A DNA stretch of 32,000 bases, from assembly GCF_000009605.1 (NCBI RefSeq), contig NC_002528.1, positions 600,001 through 632,000 on the forward strand, given 5' to 3'. Below are positions 11,679 to 21,226 of this stretch, one piece after another (positions within the stretch are counted from its first letter, which is position 1; each line of letters opens with the position of its first letter). Below the pieces are notes generated by a model. It was not told where the DNA came from. It searched no databases and was given only the letters and a program-made list of their open reading frames with translations. A program made the position numbers and the translations under genes. Source of the DNA: Buchnera aphidicola str. APS (Acyrthosiphon pisum). GTDB lineage: Bacteria > Pseudomonadota > Gammaproteobacteria > Enterobacterales > Enterobacteriaceae.

Positions 11679-11936
11679 ATGTATAATGATAAATATAAAA
11701 TCAATTCTGCGTATTTTAATAAAAAAACAAAAAAAATAAAAAAAAAAAATAAATTAACATGTATATGTTTTATTTTAATGTCTACATTAATTTTTATTGT
11801 TTATTTAAATATAAACTTAAAAAAACCTTCTGAAATAAAAGATAAAAATTTTATAAAAAAAAGCAAAAATAATGATGTATTACCTCCTAAACCAAAAGAA
11901 AAATGGAAATATATTGAAAAATTAGAAAATTCATAA
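11679..11936 (+). CDS. ftsN: Miniature FtsN-like cell division protein (N-terminal anchor and essential peptide only)
   Basis: 85 aa: basic N-terminus, one TM (LTCICFILMSTLIFIVYLNI), then LPPKPKEKWKYIEKLENS, matching LPPKPEERWRYIKELESR of E. coli FtsN. Located immediately upstream of hslVU as in E. coli. Confidence 0.75.
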   Translation: MYNDKYKINSAYFNKKTKKIKKKNKLTCICFILMSTLIFIVYLNINLKKPSEIKDKNFIKKSKNNDVLPPKPKEKWKYIEKLENS

Positions 11937-12154
11937 AACATATTTTTAAAAAATTTATTAGGTTTAATGAGTAACATTTTATATGATGAAATAAATTATT
12001 TGAAAAAGTATTGAGAAAAATATTTTAAAAAAATAATATAAGTAAAAATCATATGCTATTTTAATAAAATAGATAATTACATCTTATATAAAGTATTTTT
12101 GTATTAGCAAGAATATATAAGAAACAAAAATATTATTTTAAAGAGGCTTTTCTT

Positions 12155-12685
12155 GTGACCACAATATTAAGTGTGAGATTAAAAAATAAAGTAGTAATTG
12201 GAGGTGATGGACAAGCAACTTTAGGCAATACAATCATGAAAAGTAATGTAAAAAAAATTAGATCTTTATATCACGAAAAAGTTATTGCTGGTTTTGCAGG
12301 AGGAACTGCAGATGCATTTACTTTATTTGAAATGTTTGACAAAAAATTAGCTATGTATCAAGGCCAATTACAACGAGCAGCTATTGAATTAGCAAAAGAT
12401 TGGCGATCTGATAGAATGTTAAGAAAACTCGAAGCATTATTAGCAGTTGCTGACAAAAAAACCTCCTTGATTATTACAGGAAACGGCGATGTTATACAAC
12501 CTGAAGACGACTTAATAGCTATAGGATCAGGTGGTTCTTATGCTCAATCTTCTGCTCGAGCATTAATAGAAAACACGCATTTAGACGCAAATCAAATTGT
12601 AAGAAAATCATTAAATATTGCAGCTAATATTTGTATATATACAAATCATAATTTCACTATAAAAGAACTATTTTCAGAAAAATAA
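12155..12685 (+). CDS. hslV: ATP-dependent protease subunit HslV (GTG start)
   Basis: [36 protein letters not shown]; catalytic Thr at position 2; RBS AGAGG upstream. Confidence 0.97.
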   Translation: MTTILSVRLKNKVVIGGDGQATLGNTIMKSNVKKIRSLYHEKVIAGFAGGTADAFTLFEMFDKKLAMYQGQLQRAAIELAKDWRSDRMLRKLEALLAVADKKTSLIITGNGDVIQPEDDLIAIGSGGSYAQSSARALIENTHLDANQIVRKSLNIAANICIYTNHNFTIKELFSEK

Positions 12686-12697
12686 GGATTATTCTCT

Positions 12698-14029
12698 ATG
12701 TCTGAAATGACTCCTCCTCAAATTGTTTCTGAACTCGACAAATTCATTATTGGTCAAGAAAAAGCAAAAAGAGCCGTGTCTATTGCATTAAGAAATCGTT
12801 GGCGTCGTATGCAGTTAAACAGTGAACTTCGTTATGAAGTGACCCCTAAAAATATTTTAATGATTGGTCCTACAGGAGTAGGTAAAACAGAAATAGCAAG
12901 ACGTTTAGCTAAACTAGCAGATTCTCCATTTATTAAAGTAGAAGCAACTAAATTTACGGAAGTAGGATATGTTGGGAAAGAAGTAGACTCAATTATTCGT
13001 GATTTAACTGATGCTGCAATCAAAATGATTCGAATTAAAAATATTAAAAAAAATAAAGTTCGAGTAGAAGAAATAGTAGAGGAAAAAATATTAGATGTTC
13101 TTGTGCCTACACCTAAAAAAAACTGGACAGAAAGTGAAAAAAATGAAAGTCTTGCAAAAACAATTCAAACATTTCGAAAAAAATTGCGAGAGGGTGTTTT
13201 AGACGAGAAAGAAATAGAAATAAACATATTATCAACTACTATGGGTGTTGAAATAATGGCACCACCAGGTATGGAAGAATTGACTAATCAATTACAATCT
13301 TTATTTCAAAATTTAGGAGGACATAAAAAAAGTAGTAGACGTCTTAAAATTAAAGATGCTATTGTATTGCTAACAGAAGAAGAGGCTGCTAAATTAATTA
13401 ACCAAGAAGAGATTAAAAAAGAAGCAATTAATGCAGTTGAACAAAACGGCATAGTTTTTATTGATGAAATTGATAAAATATGCAGACGAGGTGATTCTTC
13501 AGGTCCAGATATCTCTCGAGAAGGTGTTCAAAGAGACCTACTCCCATTAGTTGAAGGATGTACTGTATCTACTAAACATGGAATGGTTAAAACAGATCAT
13601 ATTTTATTTATAGCATCTGGAGCATTTCAAACATCTACGCCTTCTGATTTAATTCCTGAACTACAAGGACGTCTTCCAATAAAAGTAGAATTGCAAGCAC
13701 TTACCATCGATGATTTTGAAAAAATCTTAACTGAACCTACAGCATCTATTACAGCACAGTATAAAGCACTTATGGAAACAGAAGGTGTTTATATTAATTT
13801 TACAAAGGAAGGGATACGTAATATTGCAGAAGCTGCTTGGAAAGTTAATGAATCTATAGAAAATATTGGAGCTCGTCGATTACATACTGTATTAGAAAAA
13901 TTAATGGAAGATATATCATTCAATGCTAGCGATAATAAAGGTAATACGATTGAAATCAATTCAAACTATGTAGAAGAACATTTAGATCAATTAACATCTA
14001 ATGAAGATCTTGGTCGTTTTATTTTATAA
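12698..14029 (+). CDS. hslU: HslU ATPase subunit
   Basis: 443 aa; [37 protein letters not shown], Walker [14 protein letters not shown]. Confidence 0.98.
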
Positions 14030-14038
14030 TTTTTATTC

Positions 14039-14088
14039 AAAATATTTATCCATTATTATTTTTTATTAAAATGGATGAATATTTTTTT
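14039..14088 (+). terminator. Rho-independent-like terminator of hslVU
   Basis: AAAATATTTATCCATT (14039-14054) pairs with AATGGATGAATATTTT (14070-14085), 16 bp with one T-G wobble; right arm continues into a T7 run (14082-14088). Confidence 0.65.
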
Positions 14089-14120
14089 AAAAAATATTTA
14101 AATTAATTCTCAAATTACTA

Positions 14121-14148
14121 TTGAAAAAAAAAAATAAGACCTTACCTT
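14121..14148 (+). promoter_or_regulatory. Candidate sigma-32-like promoter of ibpA
   Basis: TTGAAAAAAAAAAATAAGACCTTACC resembles, as I recall it, E. coli ibpA sigma-32 promoter CTTGAAAAGTTCATTTCCAGACCCAT; the -10-like part is weak. Confidence 0.35.
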
Positions 14149-14235
14149 AAAATAAAACATTTTTAATTTTTTATAACGTAAAAAATATTTAAATTATAAA
14201 TATTTTTCAAACCATAAAATATTAGAGGATTTTTT

Positions 14236-14709
14236 ATGTCTTATCGTTCTCTCTCATTTATACCAAATTTTAATGATCATAATGTTTTTTCAAATAGATT
14301 CAATCAAATTGATAAAATGTTTAGTACTCTTACAGGAGAAAAACCAATATCTGATACACCGACATATAATCTATGTCAAATAAATGAAATTGAATATCAA
14401 TTAACACTAAGTATTCCTGGATACCAGGAAAAAGAATTAGATATATCTGTTCACAATAACCAATTATCTATTCAAGGAAAAAAAGAAAATAGTGATACTC
14501 AAGAATGTAATAAATGGTTACATAAAGGTATAGTGTTTAATAATTTTTCTTTGAATTTTAATTTAGACCATAAAATTAAAGTAAAAAAAGCAGAGTTATC
14601 TTTAGGTCTATTGAAATTAGATTTTGAATGCAATATCCCGGAAGAGGAAAAACCTAAAAAAATTTCTATTAATGTACCTAATGATACTAAAAAAATTGAT
14701 AAAAAATAA
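14236..14709 (+). CDS. ibpA: Small heat shock protein IbpA
   Basis: 157 aa; MSYRSLSFIPNFNDHNVFSNRFNQIDKMFSTLTG...PTYNLCQINEIEYQLTLSIPGYQEKELDI; alpha-crystallin domain. Confidence 0.95.
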   Translation: MSYRSLSFIPNFNDHNVFSNRFNQIDKMFSTLTGEKPISDTPTYNLCQINEIEYQLTLSIPGYQEKELDISVHNNQLSIQGKKENSDTQECNKWLHKGIVFNNFSLNFNLDHKIKVKKAELSLGLLKLDFECNIPEEEKPKKISINVPNDTKKIDKK

Positions 14710-14726
14710 AATTAAAAAAATATAAA

Positions 14727-14758
14727 ATCACTGCGCTTATAAAAATAAGCACAGTGAT
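14727..14758 (+). terminator. Stem-loop downstream of ibpA
   Basis: ATCACTGCGCTTAT (14727-14740) / ATAAGCACAGTGAT (14745-14758), 14-bp arms with one mismatch, AAAA loop; no T-run on the plus side. Confidence 0.5.
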
Positions 14759-14785
14759 CTAACTAAAAATTATTGAGAATAAATA

Positions 14786-15544
14786 ATGAATCCATGGATT
14801 AATGCAGACGTTTTGATGGTAAAAAAATGGACTAAAAATTTATTCAGTCTTATTTTAAATGCTCCTATAGAACCTTTTTTTGCAGGACAATTTAATAAAT
14901 TAGCTCTATATAACAGTAATCCTTTAAATAAAAATAAAATTCAGAGGGCATACTCATATGTTAACGCTCCTAGTGAAAAAAACTTAGAAATTTATATTGT
15001 TCGTGTGCTCAATGGACAACTAAGCAATCTACTATATAATCTTCATAGTGGCGATAAAATTTTTATCAAAAAAAAATCATTTGGTTTTTTTATTATAGAT
15101 GAAATACCAGATTGCGAAATACTATGGATGTTCGCTACAGGCACTGGAATAGGTCCCTATTGTTCAATTTTACAAGAAGGAAAAAATATTAATAGATTTA
15201 ATCATATTATTTTAACACATGCAGTACGATATCAAAATGAACTAACTTATTTACCACTCATGAAAGAATTACGTCAGAAATATAATGGAAAATTACAAAT
15301 TCAAACTATTACTAGTAGAGAAAAACATAAAAATTCTTTAAATGGAAGAATTCCTTTTTTATTAAGAAATAAAATATTAGAAAAACATGTTGGTTTTTCA
15401 ATAAACCCTCAGACTTCACATGTTATGTTATGTGGAAATCCTTTTATGGTAAAAGATACGTTTTTATTTTTAAAAAATAATAGAAATATGGAAAAGCATT
15501 TACGTCGAAAAAAAGGACATATTACCATGGAAAATTATTGGTAA
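14786..15544 (+). CDS. fpr: Ferredoxin/flavodoxin-NADP(+) reductase
   Basis: 252 aa; [46 protein letters not shown], terminal YW. Confidence 0.94.
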
Positions 15545-15561
15545 AATACCTTTTCTAAATT

Positions 15562-16536
15562 CTAACAACGATCTACCGGAAAAGCGATAACTTCATGAAT
15601 ACTTTTTTTATTCAAAATTAACATAATTAATCTATCTAAACCTATTGCTACACCTGAACAAGGAGGTAAGCCATAAGACAAAGCACTTAAAAAAAAATTA
15701 TCGATTTTTCGTGTTGGAAGATTCATGGAACGACGTTCTTTATTATCTCTAATAAAACGTTTTTTTTGTTCATTTACATCTATAAGTTCGTAAAAGCCAT
15801 TTCCTAATTCTATTCCTTTAAAAAAAATTTCAAATCTTTCAGATATACGAGGATCTTTTAAGTTAATAGCAGCAAGAGACGCTTGTTCTGCAGGAAAATG
15901 ATAAACAAATAAAGGTTTTTCTTTTCCTATATTAGGTTCTATTTTTAGCGTAAATAACAATTGTATCAATTTATTTAAATTATTTTCAGAATGAGTTAAA
16001 TGGTCTAATTTTAATTTTTTAGATATTTGATGCAATTCTAATAAATTAGTACATAAGGGATCTATTTTTAAAAAATCTATAAATAAATCTTGATAAGAAA
16101 CTTTATCTGATTTATTACATTTTAATATAATTTGAAGGAATATATCTATTTCTTTAATAAATTTTTTCATCGAACAAAAAGGTTGATACCATTCTAACAT
16201 AGTAAATTCTGGATTATGATAACGACCTATTTCTTTATTCCTAAAACTATGACAAATTTGATATATAGATCCGCTTTCTGATGCTAATAAACGCTTCATA
16301 TGATATTCTGGACTAGTTGTCAACCATAATTTTAACTCATCAATATTATCTGATGAAATATAATTTGTTTCAAATGATGTTAAATGTACATCTGTAACTG
16401 TTGAACGTGATAAAATTGGTGTTTCAACTTCAAGTATATTTTTTTTAGAAAAAAATAAACGAATATTAGAAATAATATTTGATCTTTTGATTAAATCCTC
16501 GATGGAAGCGCTTGATTTCCAGATTTTTTTTTTCAT
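15562..16536 (-). CDS. epmA: EF-P--(R)-beta-lysine ligase EpmA (PoxA/GenX)
   Basis: [56 protein letters not shown] matches EpmA. ORF-track extension to 16638 rejected; start at ATG 16536. Confidence 0.93.
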   Translation of the reverse strand: MKKKIWKSSASIEDLIKRSNIISNIRLFFSKKNILEVETPILSRSTVTDVHLTSFETNYISSDNIDELKLWLTTSPEYHMKRLLASESGSIYQICHSFRNKEIGRYHNPEFTMLEWYQPFCSMKKFIKEIDIFLQIILKCNKSDKVSYQDLFIDFLKIDPLCTNLLELHQISKKLKLDHLTHSENNLNKLIQLLFTLKIEPNIGKEKPLFVYHFPAEQASLAAINLKDPRISERFEIFFKGIELGNGFYELIDVNEQKKRFIRDNKERRSMNLPTRKIDNFFLSALSYGLPPCSGVAIGLDRLIMLILNKKSIHEVIAFPVDRC

Positions 16537-16607
16537 TTTAATTTTCTTTAAAAATTTATTCGAATTGATAAAATTAATTACTAGTAGAACAAAAAAAAAT
16601 AAAAAAT

Positions 16608-17105
16608 ATGAACAAAACCGCAATATATCCAGGTACATTTGATCCGATTACATACGGACATTTAGATATTATAACACGTGCAACAAAAATATTTGATAGT
16701 ATAACTATCGCAATTTCTAATAATTTTACAAAAAAACCCATTTTTAATTTAAAAGAACGAATAGAATTAACTCGAAAAGTTACACTTCATTTAAAAAATG
16801 TAAAAAAAATACTTGGTTTTAACGATTTACTTGCTAATTTAGCAAAAAAAGAGAAGGCTAATATTTTAATTAGAGGAGTCAGAACAATATTTGATTTTGA
16901 TTATGAAATAAAATTAGCGGCTATAAATAAACAAATTTATCCAGATTTAGATAGTATATTTTTACTTTCTTCTAAAGAAGTTTCTTTTATATCTTCATCT
17001 TTTGTTAAAGAAATAGCAAAATATAAAGGCGATATAAAACCGTATCTTCCAAAAGAAGCCCATTCTGCATTATTAAGAAAACTAAATAACGATTCGATTA
17101 AGTAG
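16608..17105 (+). CDS. coaD: Phosphopantetheine adenylyltransferase
   Basis: [25 protein letters not shown]...[12 protein letters not shown]; nucleotidyltransferase motifs. Confidence 0.97.
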   Translation: MNKTAIYPGTFDPITYGHLDIITRATKIFDSITIAISNNFTKKPIFNLKERIELTRKVTLHLKNVKKILGFNDLLANLAKKEKANILIRGVRTIFDFDYEIKLAAINKQIYPDLDSIFLLSSKEVSFISSSFVKEIAKYKGDIKPYLPKEAHSALLRKLNNDSIK

Positions 17106-17123
17106 TGATTTTTTTATCAAATA

Positions 17124-17152
17124 TAGTAGGGTATGTTATATACCCTACTATT
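17124..17152. terminator. Bidirectional terminator between convergent coaD and the orphan gene
   Basis: ATAGTAGGGTAT (17124-17135) / ATACCCTACTAT (17141-17152), 12 bp perfect, 5-nt loop; T7 on the left flank, ATTTATTTTT on the right. Confidence 0.7.
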
Positions 17153-17191
17153 TATTTTTAACATTATATGTCTATTTCAAATATATAATAT

Positions 17192-18626
17192 TTATTTCAT
17201 AAAATATGAATATTTCATTATTGGTGATGCATTTGGAGGAAGAATGATAGTTGCACGTATACCAAAAGATTTATATTTCTGTATATAATTATCATTTTTT
17301 ACATCTAAATCAGATAAATTAGTCGCAACTAATTTAACAGAACCATCATCTAGAAAATTTATCTTATAAATATTCCGAGAATGTTTAATTTGATACTGAT
17401 CAATTTCCGGATGTTCAGAAATTAATTGAAGATAAGACTGACGCAGAAATTTTTGATTTGCATATGTAGAAATCAATTGTCGGAATTCGACATTTGGTAC
17501 TATTGTCTTAAAATCTTTTAGCATTTTATTTCGATTGTTAACAGAAATTAAGGCATTGTTTACAACAAAAAGAAACGGATTAGTATCGTTCATAAAATCG
17601 TTATCTAAATCATTAGATGATTTTAAAAATTCATATTTTTTTTGAAAGTGTTTAATTGTAGATTGAATATTATTAAATGAATTTAATTGATCTGAAACTG
17701 TCCATGTACTTTCATCAATGAAATCATTAGCATAAGATTCTTGAATATTTTTATTCATTCTTTGTCGAAAATTTTGATCCATTTTTAATATACTTTTTCT
17801 GCCTTCCAAATCAAAATTCTCATCTAGTCTTTTAAAAGGATAAAAATCATTTTCATCTTCAGGTTCAGGTATAGGATTGGTAATTTCAGGAAATGAACTT
17901 TGATATTCAGGATGCCGTGGATTATTATTTAATTTATTAACAATCTTGATTTTTCCTTGATATCTGATTCTTTCTATAATAGCTCTAAGATAAACTTTCG
18001 AAGATTCAATAACTCTTTTAAGTTGTTCGATATGTTCAGATAAAGAAATAGTCGCTTCAGAATTCGAATCTATTTTCGCTCTATTCTCGTCTGATGAAAA
18101 AAATATTTTTTTGAATGTTGTACCATTGAAAAGATTTATAGTTTCTGTTTTGAAAGTTTGATAGGTGGTTATAACAGTATTAGTGATTGTTTTAATAATA
18201 TTTTCTGCAATTTCTGAAAAGTCAAAATCTAAAGATTTTTTACTAGATAATTCTATTTCATTATCAAAAAAATTTGAATGGTGTTGTTCAGGAATTTTTT
18301 TTTATAAGTGTATTTTGAATAATTTCATTATCACTATTATCAGTAATATTGTTATTATTTTTTTCTAAATTATATTTTTCAAGAATGTTCTGTTCTATTT
18401 TTTTTTGAAGTATATTTAATAAAATTAAGGATTTTTTGTATGAATTTTCCAGATCTATCAATTTATTTTCATCTTCCAAATCATAAGTATTTTGATCGTT
18501 TTTTTTAGATACAGTTTGATTCTTGTTTGTTTCAAACATTGTTTTTATGGCATCTGTGTAAATATCTATCGTATTAGGATGTGTTTTATTTGATTGATTG
18601 GGATTTAATAATAAATTGTGTAACAT
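17192..18626 (-). CDS. Orphan protein of unknown function (~477 aa when rebuilt), split by one homopolymer frame break at 18295-18303
   Basis: ORFs 18288-18626 and 17192-17809 are parts of one reading frame. After the A9 run (coding strand) the second frame is continuously open from about 18294 to the stop at 17194-17192; it appears short in the track only because it lacks start codons. Confidence 0.75.
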
Positions 18627-18780
18627 AATATTTTGATCCTATTGTAAATTATTTTTTAGTATATTTTTATAAAATATTTTTTTGAACTTAAAATATATAA
18701 AAAAATTGTCAATGTAAATTATTAATTAGTTTTTTTTAAAAGTCAATTATTAATTTTCAAAAATAAAAAAAATAGAAAAC

Positions 18781-19521
18781 ATGAAAATATATTTAAAATT
18801 CAAATCTTACAATAAAAGAATATGTAAATTACTTCAGTTATTTAAATTAGAACATGATCAAAACTGTTCGATGGGTTTGTTGATAAATCATAACTCATTA
18901 GAGTTATATAATCGTGACAATGTAAATCAAAAACCTATAAAAGTTGATTTTACTTCGAAAAAAAATCATTATCGTTGTCATCATTTTCGTAGAAAAAATG
19001 AAGTTTTATATAGAGTTTCAGGAATAAAAAATTCTTATTTTCCTACCATATTAGATGCTACTGCCGGTTTAGGGAACGATGCTTTCATATTTTCTTTTTT
19101 AGGATGTAAAGTTATAATGATAGAACGTCATCCAATAGTTGCAGCTTTATTAAAAGATGGATTACAGAGGGGATATCAAGATAAAAAAATAGGTCATTGG
19201 TTACAAACAAGATTGCATTTAATTGTCAATGATAGTTTAAAAATGTTAGAAATCCCTATTTTGCAACCAGATGTAATTTATTTAGATCCTATGTATCCTT
19301 TTCATCATAAAAAATCTTTACCTAAAAAAGATATGCAATTTTTTAGACAACTTATAGGTCATAATTATGATTCTAAAAAATTATTAGAAGTTTCTCGGAA
19401 ATTAGCAAAAAATAGGATTATCGTAAAACGACCTTATTATGCAAAACCTTTATCTGAAGATAAAGTGAATCATATTGTTACCACAAGAAATCATCGTTTT
19501 GATATATATCAACCTTTTTAA
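18781..19521 (+). CDS. rsmJ: 16S rRNA (guanine1516-N2)-methyltransferase RsmJ (YhiQ)
   Basis: 246 aa; LDATAGLGNDAFIFSFLGCKVIMIERHPIVAALLKDGLQR, YLDPMYP motif. Confidence 0.94.
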   Translation: MKIYLKFKSYNKRICKLLQLFKLEHDQNCSMGLLINHNSLELYNRDNVNQKPIKVDFTSKKNHYRCHHFRRKNEVLYRVSGIKNSYFPTILDATAGLGNDAFIFSFLGCKVIMIERHPIVAALLKDGLQRGYQDKKIGHWLQTRLHLIVNDSLKMLEIPILQPDVIYLDPMYPFHHKKSLPKKDMQFFRQLIGHNYDSKKLLEVSRKLAKNRIIVKRPYYAKPLSEDKVNHIVTTRNHRFDIYQPF

Positions 19522-19527
19522 AAAATA

Positions 19528-19560
19528 ATAGGAGTACATTTCTTTAACACGTACTCCTAT
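19528..19560. terminator. Inverted repeat between convergent rsmJ and pitA
   Basis: ATAGGAGTAC (19528-19537) / GTACTCCTAT (19551-19560), 10 bp perfect, 13-nt loop. Confidence 0.55.
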
Positions 19561-19603
19561 CTAATCAAATAATTTTACAAAAAAATACTAAAAATCAATA
19601 TTT

Positions 19604-21076
19604 TTATATTAAAAATAATGCAATCCAGTACAAAAAGCTAGATAATAGCATAGAAACCGGTAAAGTTAATATCCATGCTAAAGCAATATTTTTAATAGTT
19701 TTTGTTTGAATTCCATCACCATCGATTAACATAGTTCCTGCTACAGAAGATGAAAGAATATGTGTAGTAGAAACTGGTATACCTGTATAACTTGCAATTC
19801 CAATAGAAAAAGAAGCTGTTATTTGAGCTGACATAGCTTGTGCATATGTCATTCTTTTTTTTCCTATTTTTTCACCAATAGTAACAACTATACGTTTCCA
19901 ACCTATCATTGTTCCTATTGATAAAGATAGCGCAACGATTAATATAATCCACATAGGCGCGTACTCAATTGTTTTAAGTATTACTTTTTTACTGTGTATC
20001 AGAAAACGTTTATCTTTGGAACAGATATCAGAAGAATTTACTTTTTTATCAATTGAATCAGAAATACATAATAAATAATGACGCAATTGAAATCTTTTTT
20101 TAATGCTTAAATCGTTATAGTTAGATATATTTTTTAATAATAATTTAGTATTTTTAATATTTTTTATAGAATTGTAAGATTGAGATCTTACAACTAAATT
20201 ATTGATTTCCTCTTTATTTTTTATAATATTTGATTTTTTTATATTTTTTTCTAAAAAATATTTTTCTAAATGATTAAGTGTATGTTTTGTACAGTTTATT
20301 TCATATTTATTAGTATTTAAATTTACTAAGAAAGAAGAGGGTACAATTCCTATTAGTACAAGCATTATTAATCCAATGCCTTTTTGCCCATCATTTGCAC
20401 CATGAGCATAACTTACACCAATAGATGAAAGAATTAATGCCATTCTAATTAGAAATGGTGGTATTTTTTTACCATCTTTTTCTTTACGCTCTAATGGTGT
20501 CATATGAATGCGATAAAAAATTTTATTATTATTTAGATAATATCGTAGTAAAAATATTAAACTACCAGCTATTATGAGCCCAATAATAGGAGAAAAAACA
20601 AGCGATAAAAAAACACTTGTCATTTTAGGAATGTTGAATGCATCTACTAAAGACGAATCTGTAACGAAGGCATTAGTTAAACCTATTCCGATAATTGCTC
20701 CAATAAGGGAATGTGAACTTGAAGCAGGTAAACAAAAATACCATGTAGATAGATTCCAAATTATAGCTGCTAATAACATTGAAAATACCATAGCAAGGGC
20801 ATTTTTTGAAGTAGCATTTAACAATAAATCATTTGGTAATAAATGTACAATGGTATAAGCAACAGTTAAACCACCTAGTAAAACACCTAAAAAATTAAAT
20901 ATACCTGACATGATAACTGCAACATGTGCAGACATTGCTCGAGTATATATTAAAGTTGATACCGCATTTGCTGTATCATGAAAACCATTGATGGCTTCAT
21001 AAAATAACACAAAAAATAGAGCTAAAAAAACTAATAAACTATGATTCAAATCAGAATAAGAAAATAAATGTAGCAT
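19604..21076 (-). CDS. pitA: Low-affinity inorganic phosphate transporter (Pit family)
   Basis: 490 aa; [40 protein letters not shown], hallmark Pit repeats. Confidence 0.93.
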   Translation of the reverse strand: MLHLFSYSDLNHSLLVFLALFFVLFYEAINGFHDTANAVSTLIYTRAMSAHVAVIMSGIFNFLGVLLGGLTVAYTIVHLLPNDLLLNATSKNALAMVFSMLLAAIIWNLSTWYFCLPASSSHSLIGAIIGIGLTNAFVTDSSLVDAFNIPKMTSVFLSLVFSPIIGLIIAGSLIFLLRYYLNNNKIFYRIHMTPLERKEKDGKKIPPFLIRMALILSSIGVSYAHGANDGQKGIGLIMLVLIGIVPSSFLVNLNTNKYEINCTKHTLNHLEKYFLEKNIKKSNIIKNKEEINNLVVRSQSYNSIKNIKNTKLLLKNISNYNDLSIKKRFQLRHYLLCISDSIDKKVNSSDICSKDKRFLIHSKKVILKTIEYAPMWIILIVALSLSIGTMIGWKRIVVTIGEKIGKKRMTYAQAMSAQITASFSIGIASYTGIPVSTTHILSSSVAGTMLIDGDGIQTKTIKNIALAWILTLPVSMLLSSFLYWIALFLI

Positions 21077-21226
21077 AATCTTTAAGCCATTTTGATGAAT
21101 TGAACTAAGTTTATTATCTGTGAGAAACTATGTTTGAGGAAAGTAAAATATCAAATTTATTTTACATAAAACTTTATAGAATATAAATGTATCGATTTTA
21201 GTCGTAATAGTATTTTTATAAAAAAA

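Noticed and set aside
12832-13023. Minus-strand 63-aa ORF
   Set aside because: Antisense within hslU; composition reflects the complementary strand of conserved codons.
16537-16638. 34-residue hydrophobic N-terminal extension of EpmA ([23 protein letters not shown]...)
   Set aside because: It overlaps the coaD start region on the other strand, is absent from known EpmA proteins, and a proper start ([12 protein letters not shown]) exists at 16536.
18165-18368. Plus-strand 67-aa hydrophobic ORF (MVITVLVIVLIIFSAISEK...), superficially like a small membrane protein or toxin
   Set aside because: Fully antisense to the rebuilt orphan gene; the hydrophobicity comes from reverse-complementing Asn/Lys/Glu/Asp-rich codons. 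No ribosome-binding site seen.
20574-20858. Plus-strand 94-aa ORF
   Set aside because: Antisense to pitA; no independent support.
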